A model generated the notes under the pieces. The model did no database searches. It saw only the letters and a list, made by a program, of their open reading frames with translations, and was not told where the DNA came from. From positions 1,054,001 through 1,118,000 of the forward strand of contig CATNEN010000002.1 of NCBI GenBank assembly GCA_950097015.1: a DNA stretch of 64,000 nt. Reading direction: 5' to 3'. The stretch's first letter is position 1, and each line of letters starts with the position of its first letter. Positions 47,112 through 56,395 of the stretch are shown here, in pieces. This DNA comes from Macrostomum hystrix (taxonomy: Eukaryota; Animalia; Platyhelminthes). The position numbers and the translations under genes were made by a program.

Positions 47112-48257
47112 TTGGCTAGTCCAATTAACGTCAAACTTCAGATCAGCATGTCCATTCCACTTCTGATGCTGGTGCTAGCGGCAGTGGCAGTCCGAGCGGA
47201 GGTAGCCACCTTCAAAAGAGATAACTTCGCATCCTACAAACTCCTTAGAGCGCCGAACGCTTCGGAGCCGTTTCTGAAGCAATTTGAGCTGGAGTTCCGA
47301 ACCTCTGCTAGAAGCACATATTTTCTGATTTTTTTGGAAAATGATAACAACGAAGATATCATCATCGACTTTTCTAAAGCAAATGTGACGCTTCGTATTA
47401 TTCTGACTTGGAATGTAAACAATAAGTCCACGGTAACAAAAATCTACATGAAGGAACCAGTCATCAACGACGGAGAGTGGCATCACCTGAAAATGCAGAC
47501 AGAGGGCGGTGGGCAGATCGTGTTGGACGGTCGGTTCGTCGAGCAATTGCCAAGCAACTTCACTGGACGATTTCCATGGGGTAGAAATACGAGTTTTCAC
47601 ATCGGCGATGATTATCGAGGCTGCATTGCCAATGCGAGTCTGGACCAGATCGTCAAAGTGCCGTTGCACACAAAATCGGAGCTGCTAAACCAAACGGACT
47701 TCCTGAAGACTATCGAAGTGAAGGACTTGCCAGACTCTGAACCCGGCTGTCGGCAGCAAGATTGCCCCTGCCTAAACAGCGGCGTCTGCATCTTTCGGCA
47801 ATGGGACCTGCTTGATCGGTGCAACTGTACTCGAGGATACGAGGGAAGAACTTGTCAATATGAGTGGGACACCTGCAAAAATCTTCAGACTGGACCACCT
47901 TGCCTCAATGGAGGCACCTGTTCCAACCGGCTAGGCTTGTATAACTATCAGTGTTACTGTGCTTCGGGATTTCTCGGAAAAGTCTGCCAGAACACTAGCC
48001 CCTGTCGATCTTTGCCCTGTCAGAACGGAGGCCTCTGCATGATATCCGGCGATCCGGAACGGCAGGAAACTCTGACTTACGCTTGCGAGTGTCTATCTGG
48101 CTTCACCGGAACCAACTGCACTGAGGTGGCCAGCACACAAGCACCAGCTCAGGACATTGCGCATATTATTATTCCGATAGCGATTGTGCTCTCGCTGTGC
48201 GGTCTGGCGATGGCTCTCGTTTTTTCCTACTTAATGTTTAGGCAAAGGAATCAATGA
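47112..48257 (+). CDS. Crumbs-like paralog (LamG, 3 EGF, TM) with almost no cytoplasmic tail
   Basis: Signal MSIPLLMLVLAAVAVRA; LEFRTS, INDGEWHHL, YRGCIANASL; CIFRQWDLLDRCNCTRGY is shared with 43098; ends FRQRNQ* right after the TM. Confidence 0.9.
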   Translation: MASPINVKLQISMSIPLLMLVLAAVAVRAEVATFKRDNFASYKLLRAPNASEPFLKQFELEFRTSARSTYFLIFLENDNNEDIIIDFSKANVTLRIILTWNVNNKSTVTKIYMKEPVINDGEWHHLKMQTEGGGQIVLDGRFVEQLPSNFTGRFPWGRNTSFHIGDDYRGCIANASLDQIVKVPLHTKSELLNQTDFLKTIEVKDLPDSEPGCRQQDCPCLNSGVCIFRQWDLLDRCNCTRGYEGRTCQYEWDTCKNLQTGPPCLNGGTCSNRLGLYNYQCYCASGFLGKVCQNTSPCRSLPCQNGGLCMISGDPERQETLTYACECLSGFTGTNCTEVASTQAPAQDIAHIIIPIAIVLSLCGLAMALVFSYLMFRQRNQ

Positions 48258-49066
48258 AGCAATCTTCATTTCAAGTTTAATTATTATCGATTGAATTTTT
48301 TGCTGCGATCAATTTGCTTTGCCTGTTTTCTAATCAGTACTAAATCGTAGGACAATCCTGACTAGCAGTCTTAGTTGACAAAAGCAGGACCTTAATCCTA
48401 GAAATGTTTATGGTCTCCTTGATTGCCCCTTAATTGGCTTCCAACTCCATATTAAGCGTATATTTCGACTCAAATAAGTCTTTCACGGCGACAGTAATTA
48501 GTTATTAGCAGTGCGTACCTTTCATTTAAAGCTGTAAGAATGGTTGAAGTAAAGAGTGAAAATGTAAAAAAATGTTTTACTGTGGAAAAACGTTTACTGT
48601 CCCACTCCCAGTGAGTTTTAATTAATCCAATAATTATACGGTATTCCTTGATAACTTACTAAAATAACTTTTAAAATTACTTTCATAGGTCATTGCTTAA
48701 TATGAAACCGATTTTACAAAATTCATCAGTTTTCACTGAATTAAACTATAATAATCATATAATCAAAACAATTTTCATGACAATCGAATCATTCTCGATC
48801 TTCACGACTTAGCCATTTGCGCGTTCTAAGTTTCTTTTTTTATATTTTTAGGTGTTTCGAAAGACAACTCTATTAAACAACTGGACTCGAGTGAAAAACG
48901 AATTTTTCACTTTCGACAGGGGTGTCCCTTTTGACTGTTGCTGTGTACACGCTCGTATAGATTCATTTCCATAAGTAGATTTTATTATTTCTGTCAGAAT
49001 TCGAAGTGAAGTGTCACCTAAGAACGCCAGAATTGGTAGGTGGTTAAATTTTAAAGCAGCGGGGGG

Positions 49067-49236
49067 TTGCAGCCCAGAAGCTATAACGATGGAAGCTATA
49101 ACGAAGGTCTAGGGTTCGATTCCCGACTACATTGGAGCAATTAGTGTCCTTTAGCAAGACGCTTAACTCTGCATTGCTTCAGTTCACCCAGCTGTTAAAT
49201 GGCTGCCAGCATCAGCTGGGGGTAATTGAGGGTGTG
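49067..49236 (+). mobile_element. SINE family B head and core (matching tail at 50420-50545)
   Basis: B-box gggttcgattcc followed by gtcctttagcaagacgcttaactctgcattgcttcagttcacccagctgttaaatgg, as in 55312-55632. Confidence 0.75.
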
Positions 49237-49933
49237 TAATAAAATGAATGTCCTAGCTGGAGCGTGAGGAATTTAAAGCTAGCGACTATTCACTATTCAC
49301 CGGGGTCGGTGTCCTACCAATCGTTTCAATAGCAGCAGGGAATCTGGAATTAAATAGCGTTAGAGACTGGTAGCGAGCGAAGCGGAATAGATAAGCGATG
49401 AGACCCGTGTCGTCCTTCGGCCCGGCGAAACTCCCAATGAAAAAGAATAACACGTCCAGTATGAACGCGAAGACTCGAATAATTTGATTAGGAGTGAGTT
49501 AATTGGCTGTGACTAAGATTCCAGATACGAATAGGGAATTACTCTGAATATAGTTTACTTGACTTAAAAGTTATACTGACAGAATAGATGTTCACATGGA
49601 AATAAATTATAGCGCGCTCACAGTGAGAAGCAAGTCTGGTCTAACAATTTGGATACAACAATTTTTACTTAACTGGCCTACATCCGCGCCCTACTCTTCC
49701 CGAGAGGCTCCGGTTGTCTCTGCTTTCAGCGCTGCCCCGACAGATCCTATCGGTTGGCACTCCTTCTGCCTGACGGCGGAGTCTCCGAAGAGAGCACGTA
49801 CTGACTTCGACAACAAGCGCCTATCTAGACCACCCTTGTCAGCGGCGCACTCTCAAGACGCGTAGCGCCGAAAGCTACCTAACTGAACAAGCGGAGTGTG
49901 GTCGGGCGGGGAGGGACAAAACAAGTGGACTAG

Positions 49934-50072
49934 TTTGCACGTGCTTCTCACAGTGTGAGGCGAATTGCGGAGAACGATAATTTGCACGTGCTTCTCACAG
50001 TGTGAGGCGAATTGCGGAGAACGATAATTTGCACGTGCTTCTCACAGTGTGAGGCGAATTGCGAAGAAAAAG
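49934..50072. repeat. Three tandem 47-bp repeats
   Basis: tttgcacgtgcttctcacagtgtgaggcgaattgcggagaacgataa starting at 49934, 49981 and 50028. Confidence 0.95.
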
Positions 50073-50419
50073 AGATAATTTGGACTACAAAAACACGCTT
50101 CGTTATATAGAGTCATTTTAACCCCAAATTAGGTCGATCGGCGAGGTGGATGCCTGGCTGTAGCTTGAGCCAAGGCGACAAATCGCAGTAGACTTGCGAC
50201 CGCCGTTCTGAGCCCCGGGGTCGCTTTTTGCCGAGGGTAGACAGGTAGTGAGGCCGGGTCGCTCGCTGATTGGCCGGGACCGTAGCCCAGGGGTAGCGCT
50301 CGCGGGGTGGTGGGCGTCCGTTCCCCCAGCTGGTCCGGCCCGGCTTGGCGTGGGTGAACTCTTAGCAAAAACACGTCTAAAAATAAGTACTGAATAATAA
50401 CACGGGCAAACAAGCTGAC

Positions 50420-50545
50420 ACTACAGGTGGGTGCGTCGTTTGTTCAGTCCGCGGACTGAACAGTGGTATGCAGCTTTCAGATGCACCGCGCAATAGCTGC
50501 GGCTGTGCTGCCTGCGGCACATCTGGGCAGTTGTAATATTTTTTT
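50420..50545 (+). mobile_element. SINE family B 3' tail
   Basis: cagtccgcggactgaacag...cagatgcaccgcgcaatagctgcggctgtgctg is the reverse-complement homolog of 55350-55445. Confidence 0.7.
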
Positions 50546-50948
50546 ATGATTACAAAAAATAATATTTACATTTTGTGTATTTTTATGACAGTTGAGCTTT
50601 TATTTAAGCTCATTTTAGACAGAGCGCGGGATGCTGGTTCGAAATATGTAAGAAAAGTTTCACGTTTCAAATCAGAAGAAAATGGGCAATGTAAATGTAA
50701 AAACTGTCGAAACAAATATAAAAACAAGCTCATGTGATTCTCGGATATTGTCTGTCGGTCAGTGCCGAGTCAGAAAAATATAGCGAGTTTAAAATAATCC
50801 CGATTAAAATGTACTGAAGAATTGAAAGAGAAAAAATTGCCTTTATTTAAAACAACTCCAAATCAAGGTATGAAGCTTGATATATACTTTGAGGATTGAG
50901 GAGTCACTAATCATTGAAAAAAGTCTGACATTAAAATCTAGCCAAATG

Positions 50949-51482
50949 TTACTTCTTATTCTTCATGAATAAATAGACCACCAGACCTACCAAGCCTGCA
51001 GAGATAATAATTCCGAGAGGAATTGTGAGTCCCAGAATGAGTCCAATCGGTACGTCATTGTGTGTACAGTTTTTCACAGTGAAACTGCTGGAATAAGGTT
51101 CGATTAGCGGGGCATACAGGTGCAGAATATGACTGGCGTGCATCTCAGTGCCATTGGTTTTCTCTCGCAGAGTCACCTGCACAGAAATTAGGTCTCGCCC
51201 GGTCAACTCAGAATTATCCTTAGCTACAAATGGATCTTGCATGCTCAGCAAATAACCATTCGGATATGCTGCTTGAAACTCCACTTCCAGTAGCTTTGCA
51301 GATAGATCATCGTCGTTGGGTGTTTGGACCAATCGCAGCGCGCCCTGTGTATCTCGACTGTACGAATATGTTGCTAGTTTTGTCCTCTGGGCGCATCCGG
51401 CTCCGACTAGTAACGCGGCAAGCAGGAGAAACCTTGGCGCAGCCGCAAGACTTCTTCGTGCCATCCTGCAGCCAGTTGACAC
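50949..51482 (-). CDS. Internally deleted Crumbs-like paralog (signal, N-half of LamG, TM)
   Basis: Signal RFLLLAALLVGAGCA; ATYS...LRLVQTP...LLEVEFQAA aligns weakly with the paralog LamG start; jumps to KNCT (last EGF Cys) and the TM; ends MKNKK*. Confidence 0.65.
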   Translation of the reverse strand: MSTGCRMARRSLAAAPRFLLLAALLVGAGCAQRTKLATYSYSRDTQGALRLVQTPNDDDLSAKLLEVEFQAAYPNGYLLSMQDPFVAKDNSELTGRDLISVQVTLREKTNGTEMHASHILHLYAPLIEPYSSSFTVKNCTHNDVPIGLILGLTIPLGIIISAGLVGLVVYLFMKNKK

Positions 51483-52836
51483 TGTGACACTTTGGATCAG
51501 CGCCAGTTCGTGAATTGTCTCACTTTGTTAATCAAACATTGCATGGCATTATGCTATGCTGAAATGTGACGCCTTTAAATGACTGGAGCGCACACAGAGT
51601 TGCTCTGTTATCTCGCCGCTCCTCTGCAGGGTTGATTGATACGGCCTGCTTAAAAAAAACTTAAACAGACTGTTTTGTCTGAGACAGTGACGAAATGAAT
51701 AAAGAATGTCAAACAAGGACACAAATATGACCGAATTCGTGCATATAATCGACTTTTTTAGACCTGACTTATCTATCTTACCTGACTTACCTATACAATA
51801 TCAGTCTTCGATATAGCCATAAGTCTATGCATGAGTGTATCAGTGACGCCAAGTGAAATCTAGAACGCTCTGTGATCTTCGTGCGAAGATTTAATTTTTA
51901 GCAATGAAGACAACTTAATTTAGCTTTAGGGCAAAAAGGACTGCACGATCATCTGGCCACGTAAACAATATTAAAGTCCTGATTTCGACATGCTTTCGAT
52001 GGACAGTTGCAATTAGTCCTTTTATAAGATCTCATAGTGGTCTTTAATGATTGCGATGTTTCAAATCTGGTACGACGAAAAACCATATACACATTTTTAA
52101 GAAACAGTTATTGTGCAAAAAATCTTTGTCGAAATCGATTAAATCAAATTAATTATTAGTTTCAACCACGTGAAACTTTGGGATACACAGGTTTATTTCA
52201 TTTCGAATCATTTGTATTAAGCTTAGATAAAAATTTACTATTTTAATCAATAAAGAAAGCTTTAATCGCTGATCTCTGTCCTTAGTCTGACTTGACTGAT
52301 CAGTAGAACTACCAAGAGGGGGCAATTTTTTATGCTGCACTCAAACGGAGCAACGCAAGCACACGAAACTCAAGAACACGTGCCAAAGTTTTGTTGCGCA
52401 TCTTCTGAAAAAAGAATCAAGTCGCCAGCTCAAGATGTGTATTTCATACACCCATATACACAAATTAGCACTGTGCCTCAGTGCGGCCTTGCCAGGCCTT
52501 AATTTTTATCAGCATGTCACCCGAATGTACCTGCATCATCCCCATCTTTGGTGGTCACCTACGTTAATCTAGACGGATTTGCTGGACCTTCAAGGGCTAC
52601 AACAGGAGGAAATAGGCCACTATGGACACCCTGACGCGAAGTTCTCCAATTTCACTGATCAATCTATAATACTAGGCGCAGCTCAACCACAGTACACCAT
52701 CGTATGGCAACCATCAGTCACCACCCAAGGCTGTTAGCATTCAGGTCCTGTAAAAATGTTCAGAAAAACCCCTCTTGGTATAAAAACGGGCAGCAAAATT
52801 GGTAGTCCTACTGTTAAATCTGATATAAGCTAGAAC

Positions 52837-54036
52837 TTAAACTTTATATTTTGGTGTGACTGGATTATTAGTTCCTTTCTTCCGACCTTTCAACACAACT
52901 ATCAAACCGATGGTTGTTAGACTTATTAGTAAAATGGAGCCAAATGTCACGCATAAGATTATGATGAGAGCAGTTGGGTCATGGCTGCTCAAGTCGGGAC
53001 GTGGGACAAACTCGGTGCAATTCTTCCCCCTGAATCCTGATGCGCAGCTGCACATGTAACTTATAGAATCCTGGCGTTCCTCATCGCCATAGATAATGCA
53101 GGTGCCTCCATTTTCGCACGGATTATATGGCCTGCAAGGACTGGCGTTTTGACAGCGTTTTCCGACAAATCCCGAGGCGCAGATGCACTGAAAGCTCTCT
53201 AATCCAGGTACATTGCGGCACGTTGCATTGTTTAGGCAGGGCGGGCCACCTTCCAGGTTCAAGCAGGTGTCCCATTCGCTCCTGCACATTGAAGCAGGAG
53301 TGTATCCGCGAGTGCAGTTACAACGATCCACCAGATCCCATTGCTTGTAAATACAGGCTCCTTTTGGCTCACACGGGCAGGGAGCCTGGTGACAACCAAG
53401 TTTCTTAGGCAGATCTTGAAGCGCGATGGCCTTCAAAGAGTCAGTCTGATTGAGTAGCATTGACTGAGCACTCAATGGCACCTGGATGACGCCATCTAGA
53501 GTAACGTTAGCAAAGCAGCCACGGAAAAAATATCCGAAAGCTAACATGACGTTGTTTTCGTATCGAAAGCGTGCAGTGAAGTTGTTTGGAAGGCGACCTG
53601 CCAGTGGCTTTCCATCCAGATGCAGCAGCCCACCGCTCTCAATCGACATGGACAGACTGTGCCACTCGCCGTCGGAGATGCCCGGAGCTGCGATCTCCTG
53701 CATGTACCAATGCTGGCTCGAACTATGGTCATTCGTAGCGTTCCAAAATAGCATCAATGTCAGCTTGTCGTGACCGTTTAGTTTGACAGAAAGTTGCTCC
53801 GATCCATCATTTTTTGCGTAGAACAGATTGCCAACCATGTCGCGCTGGGAAGTTCGAATTTTCATTTCCATCGTGCCCAAGAAGGGAATATTCGCGCTTG
53901 GTGCTCTGAGCAATTTGTACATGGCCATGTTGCTGGAGATAAACGTGGCTGTCTCTTGGCCAGACGACTGTCCCGTCAGTTGAAGCAGCAGAGCTATTGT
54001 AAGATAGCTCCATTTGTCAGTGCTAGAGCGTTTCAT
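52837..54036 (-). CDS. Crumbs-like paralog (LamG, 3 EGF, TM) with a short divergent tail
   Basis: YKLLRAPSANIPFL, ISDGEWHSL, FRGCFANVTLD, CPCEPKGACIYKQWDLVDRCNCTRGYTPASMC (near-identical to the 43098 EGF1); tail KGRKKGTNNPVTPKYKV*. Confidence 0.9.
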   Translation of the reverse strand: MKRSSTDKWSYLTIALLLQLTGQSSGQETATFISSNMAMYKLLRAPSANIPFLGTMEMKIRTSQRDMVGNLFYAKNDGSEQLSVKLNGHDKLTLMLFWNATNDHSSSQHWYMQEIAAPGISDGEWHSLSMSIESGGLLHLDGKPLAGRLPNNFTARFRYENNVMLAFGYFFRGCFANVTLDGVIQVPLSAQSMLLNQTDSLKAIALQDLPKKLGCHQAPCPCEPKGACIYKQWDLVDRCNCTRGYTPASMCRSEWDTCLNLEGGPPCLNNATCRNVPGLESFQCICASGFVGKRCQNASPCRPYNPCENGGTCIIYGDEERQDSISYMCSCASGFRGKNCTEFVPRPDLSSHDPTALIIILCVTFGSILLISLTTIGLIVVLKGRKKGTNNPVTPKYKV

Positions 54037-55311
54037 GCTTAAAACAGTCAGGTGACTATTTGGCGCATTTCATCTCAAAAAAATGTTTCTTCGTGTTCGC
54101 AAATTCTTAAGTACCATAATATGTACATTTTACATATATGAATGAACATGTGACTGTGGTCAAACATTAGCAACTAGCAAAATACATTTTTAGAAACAAA
54201 ATGAGTACTGGCGCTGGTGACTAAAGCATATTTTTAGGAGGCTTAACCTGGTACGGTAAAGATAAAGATTGATAATTTGTTCGAACTCTAAGTTCTGTCG
54301 CGGCCTCGCCTCGCAAGTGCTTATAGGCTTGCTTGTCTTTACTCTCCAAATTTCTTGACACAAAAAGTACGCGAAAAAACTTTTTTTGCTTGTGGGTACT
54401 ATTTAATATGGAATGTTCCTTCAATTTTTCTTTACAGTGGTTATAATAATAAAAGTTATAATGCCTGCCCTTACAGGGCGAGATGTTTCATAGTGCAATT
54501 GGCCATTTGCAATCGGCCATTTCACATAAATGACTACTTTAACTTGCAATAATGAGTACATGGCTATTTCTTACATAAAAGTACGAAAAAGAAATATATA
54601 AATTCAAAAGTTTACTTAAACGACACGAAATGGTTTATATTTATGGTTCATTAAAACTAGCCTTTTGTCTTCGGCTGTTCAGCTTTTGAAATTTTGAAAA
54701 GTGGCGGCCCGTTTCTTAGTGAATTCATTTCAGATGGGAACATAGACGGGTCAATTGTAGCTATAAAGAACATGAGCTTCGTTCTCTACTTCGACTCTAC
54801 ACTTCATTTTCATGGGCGATTTTTCGGTCTTACAATTCTCAATGTCTCGCAAGCCAGTTTGTCCCTCCTAGACGAAATCAGGACAATGTGCGCCTTAATT
54901 GTTCTGGGTTCAAGATTATCGTTAGTCAACGAAGAACGTAAAGTTAATATACTTCATCCGTTCACTTTAAAACAAAAAAACTGATAATTTTGTCTTGAAT
55001 TTCAAATGGATGAAAAAGAAATAAATCGAGCTAACAAAACATTTTTCCGGCTCGGTGGAAAGTCAATGCTAAATCGTCTTTTATCTATCAAATTATATTT
55101 AATGTGCACTTTAAATAGTAAAGAAAACGTCTTGCGACCCTGCTCGATGTGGGCAGCAGCCGGCACTTGACCAGTCAAGTATAGTCACCATGCAGCCGTG
55201 GGCGGAACTTCAATAAGCAGAATTTAAAAACAACAAGACAACAAAATCTGCTGTGCATGAATTCATTTTGGCAGGAGACAGTAGGACCAAATCCATAGCC
55301 ACTGAATTTTA

Positions 55312-55632
55312 ACATAATAATAATAATAATAATAATAATAATTGATTACACCTGCCCCAATTGGGTCAGATGTGCAGCCGACAGCACAGCCGCAGCTAAT
55401 GCGCGGCGCATCTGAAGGCTGCGTACAGCTGTTCAGTCCATGGACTGGGGGGACGCCACACCCACCTTCAATTATCCCAGCTGATGCTGGTACCCATTTA
55501 ACAGCTGGGTGAACTGAAGCAATGCAGATTTAAGTGTCTTGCTAAAGGACGCAAATTGTTCCAGTGGAGTCAGGAATCGAACCCCCGACCTTCAAGTCGT
55601 GAGTCCGACGCCCTAACCACGAGGCTACAACC
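55312..55632 (-). mobile_element. tRNA-derived SINE family B, full length, with CORE-like central domain
   Basis: Minus strand: A-box TAGCCTCGTGG, B-box GGTTCGATTCC, central CCTTTAGCAAGACACTTAAATCTGCATTGCTTCAGTTCACCCAGCTGTTAAATGGGTACC, (ATT)n tail. Confidence 0.88.
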
Positions 55633-56395
55633 TCTAACATCATACAAATTGATCAGTGGCTAAAATATAATGTGTCTTAAACTTACAGCTTTCCTATCCC
55701 TTCCAAGTTACTTTTCTAATGTTAATTTCATGTCTGAACTGTGATTTTTCAACTCTACCTAACAATAAAGATTAACAAAACATAATTCAGGGCAGCCTAG
55801 TTTTAAACTGAAAGACTTTGAATATGCCTATGCATATTTCGTCTCCAAAATATTGAACTAATTTAGCTAATAGCCTTATCGAACTAAAGTACTTTGCATG
55901 GCAGAATTTTAGCACACGACATTGCGCTGAACATCAACGTTTTTATTGAGCACACGAAAGCTAATTACGGACATGCAAAAAAGTTTGATATTGAACTCAC
56001 AAGGGCAAAATCACAGTTTAGTAAATAAACACACGATCAAATTCAAAATTGAACACTGACTAGACAGTACAAAAGGCTTGCATGAATCAGATTGAATACA
56101 AAAGCTAATACTTTCACTGAATACATAGCTGTCACTCAAAGCGGACAGACAAACATGAAGATAAATGATAACGCAACGTTACAATACAGGACTTCACCTT
56201 GATGAGTACCACGGGTCACTCCTTGAATCGATCAAGATAAATCGCTTGTAATCTCATTTTATTACACTTAGTTTACCTTTTTGCTCTAACTAAAATATGT
56301 TTTCACTGCTGAATATTTGGTTGAGGTTTTTTATCCCGTGCAATTTAATTTGAACCACAGAAAGACAATACGACAATGGAGCGTTGCACAATATT

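Noticed and set aside
49385-49432. Hammerhead-like GATGAG...CGAAAC
   Set aside because: The core reads GCGATGA rather than CTGATGA, and stem II does not pair
49934-50072. CRISPR-like palindromic repeats
   Set aside because: The units are contiguous with no unique spacers, there are no cas genes, and the context is eukaryotic
50441-50462. Perfect 22-bp palindrome TGTTCAGTCCGCGGACTGAACA as a stand-alone element
   Set aside because: Explained as part of the SINE B tail, where other copies carry cagtccatggactg
54694-54984. 96-aa ORF with a faint LRR-like periodicity
   Set aside because: Starts at TTG, has at most one weak repeat, and no supporting exons
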